A DNA stretch of 41,430 bases from a virus. Lineage: Duplodnaviria > Caudoviricetes. Position numbers and translations under genes: made by a program. Positions 36,426-41,430 of the stretch are shown here, piece after piece (the stretch's first letter is position 1; every line of letters starts with the position of its first letter). The stretch covers positions 1 through 41,430 of the IMG/VR virus record IMGVR_UViG_3300044296_000258; one strand, written 5' to 3'. Under the pieces are notes generated by a model that made no database searches, had not been told where the DNA came from, and was given only the letters and a program-made list of their open reading frames with translations.

Positions 36426-38423
36426 ATGGCATCATTAGCTGACATATACAAACAAGAAAAAAGAGCAGGCAAAGGTCTAGGGTCGGCTTTAGGTAAAAAA
36501 ACACTTGAGAAAATAGACCCAAGAAGGATGTTTGATCAGTCGGGACTTCTGACTGCAATGTTTCCTGCTTTAAGAGCATATAGTGCAACAACAAAAAGAA
36601 AATATGATAGAAAAGAAGATGGCATAAATTCTCAATCTCTTTCAAGATTAGAAGCAACGACAGGTTTAACTGCAAAAAATACAATAGTTTTACCTGCGAT
36701 GGCAAGAGATATGAATTTGATGAGAATGAATATTCAAAAACTTGTCAAATTGTCGGGTGGAAAAGCATCAATAAAAACAGATATGTTTTTTCAGAAATCT
36801 GCTGAAAGAGAATATCTTTTTGAAAGTGGTTTGAAAAAAATTAGTGGGTCAGCAGTTGGAAAAGTTTCAACATCACCAAAAAGAGATGGACAATCTAAAG
36901 ATACTGCATTATATGTTAAAGGAATAGATGGAAAAGATGGTAATGATAGTGGAAGTATTTTAGGTTTTTTGAGTAAACCGGGAAATTTAAAAACTTTAGG
37001 TTTAACTGTAGCGAGAATGATACCTTATGTTGCGGCGGCGGGTGGTACTGTTCTTGGTGCACTTCAAATAATGTCTGATTATAGAGAAGGTTCACAAAGA
37101 AATAGAGAAAGAGGAGAAACCTCAGGCGGTGCTGCTGGTCGTCGTAAAAAAGAAGCTATACAAAGTGTGTCTGAAGGTAAAAATTTAAGTAAAAGTGATG
37201 CAGATGGTATCATAGACACTTTGATTAAAGAAAAAAGATTTGATGAAGGTGCTGCAAATCCATTAATTAATGAAATGTTTCCAGGTATAGATTTAAACTT
37301 TGTATTAAGTAAATGTAGTAGTGATAAGAAAAAACTATTTGAACAATTACAAGAAGAAGCAAGAAAAAAAATTAAATCAATTAGACCACCAGAATCAACA
37401 CAAGAATCACAAGAACCAATGGGCCCACCAGCACCAGAGCCAACTCCTGCACCAGCACTTGTTCCAGCACCATCTGAAGTTACTCATGAAGTACCCGCTG
37501 GAACTATTGTTGCGCCTGCTGCACCAACACCAGCACCACAAGAACCAATGGGTCCACCCACACCAACACCATCTGTTGAAACAACACCTCATGAAGTGCC
37601 TGCTGGAACTATAGTAGCACCTGCTGCTCCTATGTATAAACCTGAAAGTTCAAGAGGTGGTTATCGTCGTCGTGCAGCACCAACACCAGTAGATGCTGAT
37701 GATAAAAGTGTTTCAACACAAGAATTTAATTATGATTCTTATGCACAAAAAATAGGTATGCGTGAAAGTACTAATAATTATAAAGCTGTAAATGATTTCG
37801 GTTATGTGGGTAAATATCAAATGGGTTCTATGGCTTTACAAGATGCTGGATTAGTAAAAAGAGGAACAAAACAAAGTAAAAAATCAATGGAAGATGCAAA
37901 CAACTGGAATCTTAAAGGTGGTTTAAATGAATTTTTAAATAATCCCGAATTACAAGAAAAAACTATGTATGATTACACAAAAAGAAATATGTCAACTTTA
38001 AAAAGAATAGGGGTTTTAAATAAAGAGTCTTCCGCTGAAGATATTGCAGGTGCTCTTGGAGTATCACATCTTTTAGGTCCAGGTGGAGCTAAAGAATTAA
38101 TAATAAATAAAAAAGAAAATAAAGATGCATATGGAACAGGAGGTTCGGAATATCTAAAATTAGGTCAATCATCACAACAAACTAAAACATCTTTAGCTTC
38201 TTCATCACCGTCATCTGGTACACAATTAGCATCTGCATCAACAGCAGTATCAGACGCTAAAATGGCTGCAATGACACCTCCACCAGCAACACCAACAACA
38301 AATGCATCTGGACGTCCAAAACAAAATGCACCTCAAACATCTTCATCATCTTATAAAACAGCAGATGCTTATAATTATGATATATTTCAATCAATGGTCG
38401 GAACACAATATGCAGGTGCATAA
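36426..38423 (+). CDS. Tape-measure/hub-like protein with C-terminal lysozyme-like domain
   Basis: Follows gp26/gp51; helical N-half, Pro-rich linker, then RESTNNYKAVNDFGYVGKYQMG...HLLGPGGA lytic transglycosylase-like motifs. Confidence 0.65.
   Translation: MASLADIYKQEKRAGKGLGSALGKKTLEKIDPRRMFDQSGLLTAMFPALRAYSATTKRKYDRKEDGINSQSLSRLEATTGLTAKNTIVLPAMARDMNLMRMNIQKLVKLSGGKASIKTDMFFQKSAEREYLFESGLKKISGSAVGKVSTSPKRDGQSKDTALYVKGIDGKDGNDSGSILGFLSKPGNLKTLGLTVARMIPYVAAAGGTVLGALQIMSDYREGSQRNRERGETSGGAAGRRKKEAIQSVSEGKNLSKSDADGIIDTLIKEKRFDEGAANPLINEMFPGIDLNFVLSKCSSDKKKLFEQLQEEARKKIKSIRPPESTQESQEPMGPPAPEPTPAPALVPAPSEVTHEVPAGTIVAPAAPTPAPQEPMGPPTPTPSVETTPHEVPAGTIVAPAAPMYKPESSRGGYRRRAAPTPVDADDKSVSTQEFNYDSYAQKIGMRESTNNYKAVNDFGYVGKYQMGSMALQDAGLVKRGTKQSKKSMEDANNWNLKGGLNEFLNNPELQEKTMYDYTKRNMSTLKRIGVLNKESSAEDIAGALGVSHLLGPGGAKELIINKKENKDAYGTGGSEYLKLGQSSQQTKTSLASSSPSSGTQLASASTAVSDAKMAAMTPPPATPTTNASGRPKQNAPQTSSSSYKTADAYNYDIFQSMVGTQYAGA
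37409..37630 (+). repeat. Pro-rich intragenic duplication
   Basis: QEPMGPP...HEVPAGTIVAPAAP occurs twice in tandem. Confidence 0.8.
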
Positions 38424-38426
38424 ATG

Positions 38427-38449
38427 AAAAACCCCGCTTTCGGCGGGGT
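38427..38449 (-). terminator. Rho-independent terminator after gp32 (possibly bidirectional)
   Basis: ACCCCGC-5 nt loop-GCGGGGT hairpin followed by a T-run on the - strand, between convergent genes. Confidence 0.85.
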
Positions 38450-38471
38450 AAAAAGTTTATTTACTTTTTGT

Positions 38472-39353
38472 TTATTCAGACTTTGCTAACGATTTGAAAT
38501 AATCCAAATCCTCATCTTCAGCAGAAATATCAATGTTTGAAGTAGCAGTCCTAATAGGTGTTGCTTCTTCCATCATATCTTCAGCTTTAGTCTTAGGTGC
38601 AATACCTTCAAAACCAAGTGCTTTATCAAGCCTTGCACGAAGTTGTTCATATGATTTGAATTTGCTTGCATCAACAAATTCTTTCAATGAATATTCAGAT
38701 TTCCAAATCTGCTCAAGTTCAGCATCATCAGACTTCAAAGGACCTGCTTTGTCAAATTCACTTTTATCATAATTACGATAACCTTCAACATTACGAATCT
38801 TAACTTTGAAGTTTGCACCATTCCACAAATCAAATGGATTTACTGGAGTTTCATCTGCAAATTCAGGATTCATTGCTTCAGTAATCTTATCAAAAATCTT
38901 TTTACCAAATTTGAAAAGTTTTACTTGACCTTCATTTTCTTTATTTGCAGGATCAGAAACAACATAAATGTTTGCAATATAATTCAATTTACGTTTTTGT
39001 TTTCTGACGATTTCTTTGTTTGCTTCAATACCTGAATTCCACAATGTTGAATTGTGTTCACATACAGGACATTTAGCATTGATTGTGGTTAGACAATTAT
39101 CAATCAACCAACCACCTGGACCTTGAAAACCATGTCCAAAAACACGAACCCAAGGCAATGAATCATCACCATCTGCTGCCGATGCAGGAAGAAAACGAAT
39201 GATTGCCATTCCGTTTCCTGCTTTATCTACTGTGGGTTGCCAAAATCTGGTATCGTCTTTTGAACCTTCGTTGGATTGCTTTGAAGATTCGATTGCTTTG
39301 GCTAGTTTTTCAAGAGAACTGGTATTACGTTTTAGATTTGCGAAGCTACTCAT
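38472..39353 (-). CDS. gp32: Single-stranded DNA-binding protein
   Basis: DTRFWQP.VDKAGNG.A.IRFLP, HGFQGPGGW, CPVCE, FKFGKKIFDKI, NPFDLW.GANFK.KIR, NYDKSEF, acidic tail. Confidence 0.97.
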   Translation of the reverse strand: MSSFANLKRNTSSLEKLAKAIESSKQSNEGSKDDTRFWQPTVDKAGNGMAIIRFLPASAADGDDSLPWVRVFGHGFQGPGGWLIDNCLTTINAKCPVCEHNSTLWNSGIEANKEIVRKQKRKLNYIANIYVVSDPANKENEGQVKLFKFGKKIFDKITEAMNPEFADETPVNPFDLWNGANFKVKIRNVEGYRNYDKSEFDKAGPLKSDDAELEQIWKSEYSLKEFVDASKFKSYEQLRARLDKALGFEGIAPKTKAEDMMEEATPIRTATSNIDISAEDEDLDYFKSLAKSE

Positions 39354-39411
39354 ATTATTTCCTTTCGTATAAACGGTATATTACGGTGTATAAAATTTAT
39401 CCACAAAATAC

Positions 39412-39440
39412 ATTATATCACTATATTTAGTCACGCTCAA
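39412..39440 (-). promoter_or_regulatory. Sigma70-type promoter for gp32 with embedded late-like motif
   Basis: TTGAGC-17 bp-TATAAT with extended -10 (TGnTATAAT); CTAAATA within the spacer. Confidence 0.7.
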
Positions 39441-39918
39441 GTAAATTTTTGAGAGTTTCTAAACTATTACTGATATTTTTGTGAAGTATTCCAATTCCAC
39501 CTGCTTCATTGAAATAATCAATAACAGAAGGTGTATCATCAATCAATACTGTTTCAGGTGTCGCATAAATTGCTTTATATCGTTTACCTGGAACAATATT
39601 AACACGATAATTAATATAATGATCTTTCAACCATTGTTCTTTTTGTTCACGAACCTCATCATGAAATTTAAGTCCACCCGATGAAGAAAGTATTTCAATC
39701 TTAACTGGAAATTTTTCAATATAGTCCATCAATACTCTTGCACCTGGCATCCATTCTAATTCAAGAAATTGTTTTTTCCCAATAAAATCTGGCCAATTTG
39801 TTGTGAAATTTTTCTTTGGACGATCTTCACTTGATTCTTCGCCATACAATTCAGTATAACGTTTATCAAAATTACAAAGAACACCATCCATATCCAAATA
39901 AATCTTTTTAATTAACAT
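39427..39918 (-). CDS. HAD-superfamily 5'(3')-deoxyribonucleotidase-like protein
   Basis: IYLDMDGVL (motif I), ILSS, K, LIDD (motif IV), AGGIGILH. Confidence 0.85.
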   Translation of the reverse strand: MLIKKIYLDMDGVLCNFDKRYTELYGEESSEDRPKKNFTTNWPDFIGKKQFLELEWMPGARVLMDYIEKFPVKIEILSSSGGLKFHDEVREQKEQWLKDHYINYRVNIVPGKRYKAIYATPETVLIDDTPSVIDYFNEAGGIGILHKNISNSLETLKNLLERD

Positions 39919-40510
39919 TTACACATTCCTTTAATATTTTTTTATATTTCTCAATATCAAACTCAATAAAAGGACTATACTTCAATATCGTCCTTTTGAT
40001 TTGTGGCCAACGAATAGTTTCATCAATTTTTTTATCCCACCTCGGAACAAAATTGAATATTTTATTCATTATACACAAACTTTCCAATGACAATTCTTTA
40101 TGTAACATTCTTTTAAGTAAATCAGGATATTCACCATTCACAACTTCAAGATGTGAATTAGGATCAGTTGAATTACCAAAAATTGCATTACATTCATTTT
40201 TGAAATTGTATGATAAAGATTGAATTATCTTTTGATGTTTCATACAATGAATTTCAGCTTGTTCTTCAAGTAAACTACCAACCCATACTTTTTCATCTTC
40301 AATCAAATTATAAGAAATAAATTCAATCAAATCTTTTTTATTGTTGAATTTTCTTGATAACTTGTAAAAATAATATTTGTCTTTTCTATTCTCAAATGCA
40401 TTTACACTTACATTTGATTTTCCATTATATTTGAAAAAATCATATTGTTCAGTTGTAAAGTGTAATCTAAGGGATTGATATATACCAAATGCTTCATATC
40501 CAGTAATCAT
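39908..40510 (-). CDS. gp59: Helicase loader
   Basis: GYEAF.IY..LRLHF...YDFFKYNGK......F..RKDKY.F.KLS; synteny gp33-gp59-gp32. Confidence 0.9.
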   Translation of the reverse strand: MITGYEAFGIYQSLRLHFTTEQYDFFKYNGKSNVSVNAFENRKDKYYFYKLSRKFNNKKDLIEFISYNLIEDEKVWVGSLLEEQAEIHCMKHQKIIQSLSYNFKNECNAIFGNSTDPNSHLEVVNGEYPDLLKRMLHKELSLESLCIMNKIFNFVPRWDKKIDETIRWPQIKRTILKYSPFIEFDIEKYKKILKECVNVN

Positions 40511-40731
40511 ATAGGCAAACGTGACGATTTTACTTTCAAAAGATTATTGTCCATAGCATTATTTTCAATCTTTGATTTAAGATTTGCATTAATCAAAGTT
40601 GCAGCTACCTCAATTTCAAGTCCAGTTTTTTCGCAAAAATGAACAATTGCTTCAATATAATTATAATCAGTATTAAAAACTATACTTTCAATTTCATTTG
40701 CGAATTTGAGCATTTCATCTTTAGTTGGCAT
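40507..40731 (-). CDS. gp33: Late promoter transcription coactivator
   Basis: F..EIE.IV....NYIEAIVHFCE...LEIE..A.LI...LK.KI; start ATG 40731 preferred over 40746. Confidence 0.85.
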   Translation of the reverse strand: MPTKDEMLKFANEIESIVFNTDYNYIEAIVHFCEKTGLEIEVAATLINANLKSKIENNAMDNNLLKVKSSRLPI

Positions 40732-41017
40732 TTTCAGTAACATCACTCAAATTTCTGGGACCATTTAAAAATTCTGCGGCACTTAAACTCGTATCTTTAG
40801 AAATAAGAGGTTCTTCATCGGTTGAAATGAAATCAAGATGTTGATTAGCATCAATAATAAAACCACATCCTTTAAGAAAATCACACATTTCATCTAATAT
40901 TTTTGGTAAATAATCAGTTTTAAATTCATATGTAATAACTCTATCATTAGTCCCTTGTTCTTCAAAATCTATACTATTATTAAATTCATTAGAACATTTA
41001 AGTGTAAATTTCATCAT
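40721..41017 (-). CDS. Hypothetical protein
   Basis: ITYEF..DYL..IL....DFLKGCGF pattern; AAGG upstream; packed operon. Confidence 0.65.
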   Translation of the reverse strand: MMKFTLKCSNEFNNSIDFEEQGTNDRVITYEFKTDYLPKILDEMCDFLKGCGFIIDANQHLDFISTDEEPLISKDTSLSAAEFLNGPRNLSDVTENAN

Positions 41018-41029
41018 ATAATACCTTTC

Positions 41030-41302
41030 TTATTTTTTAGACATAACAACTGCGGGATTTGTTGAATTATGTGTAACCGCAAATGCTACACAAATCGTAT
41101 CATCAACTTTTGCATAAGAACAACGAACTGACATAGGATCAATTCCTTTTTCGATTGCAGATTGAATATTGTTTGACATAAATTCTCTATCTTTAATCGA
41201 ATAATAACAATATCCAATAATTGCAGAAATCAATACCATCATTATACAAAATACAATAGTTATATCAAGTTTGAAATATGTTTCTTTTTTAGTTTCTTCC
41301 AT
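41030..41302 (-). CDS. Hypothetical membrane protein
   Basis: One hydrophobic segment, then AIEKGIDPMSVRCSY. Confidence 0.7.
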   Translation of the reverse strand: MEETKKETYFKLDITIVFCIMMVLISAIIGYCYYSIKDREFMSNNIQSAIEKGIDPMSVRCSYAKVDDTICVAFAVTHNSTNPAVVMSKK

Positions 41303-41304
41303 TT

Positions 41305-41430
41305 TTATACCTTTATGTAAAAAATATGTCTACCGATTTTAACTGTTGTTTTCATGTTTTTCCATCCAGGACTTACATAATCAGCATGATAATATAAAGC
41401 ACCCTTTGATGGATCTCTCATAATTTCTTT
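41305..41430 (-). CDS. Cell wall hydrolase, SleB/Hydrolase_2 family (C-terminal fragment)
   Basis: Hand translation: KEIMRDPSKGALYYHADYVSPGWKNMKTTVKIGRHIFYIKV*, the classic SleB C-terminus. Confidence 0.88.
   Translation of the reverse strand, partial: KEIMRDPSKGALYYHADYVSPGWKNMKTTVKIGRHIFYIKV

Noticed and set aside
2111-40223. Many short antisense or alternate-frame ORFs in the track (e.g. 2111..2398, 8619..9005, 12185..12709, 30248..30727, 36289..36705)
   Set aside because: They overlap well-supported genes, lack motifs, and are expected shadows of biased codon use.
1-41430. Stop-codon reassignment
   Set aside because: Conserved genes are full length under the standard code, and TAG/TGA end genes at expected positions.
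1-41430. tRNA, intron, intein or homing endonuclease
   Set aside because: Intergenic gaps are tiny, and I saw no cloverleaf, splice or HNH/GIY-YIG/LAGLIDADG motifs; a covariance search was not possible.

Overview
AT-rich fragment of a large T4-like myophage. It most resembles the aquatic, cyanophage-type gene order, and a TctC/Bug gene hints at a betaproteobacterial host. The right end carries a SleB-type hydrolase, gp33, gp59, a HAD nucleotidase and gp32. A + strand block (gp4, gp2, gp54, gp26, gp51, tape-measure-like protein with lysozyme fold) diverges from the baseplate operon (gp48, gp53, hub, gp5, PAAR, gp25, gp6, gp7, gp8, DUF4815-type protein). The left 16.5 kb is an accessory fibre/adhesin region. 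It holds modular fibres with shared terminal motifs and a T2-type gp38-like glycine-rich adhesin split into two coupled ORFs. Beside the adhesin lies an enzyme cassette with late promoter motifs (two 2OG-Fe(II) oxygenases, PP-loop ATPase, NMO-like flavoenzyme, TctC). Further left are a 21-repeat RCC1 protein with shuffled variable loops, a TPR-GT9 glycosyltransferase and a sulfotransferase. Best leads: a possible adhesin-tailoring system, a probable -1 frameshift fusing gp26 and gp51, combinatorial RCC1 loop shuffling, and an NGG[TS]F/MANTVI fibre docking pattern. All calls come from reading motifs by eye; no searches were run.
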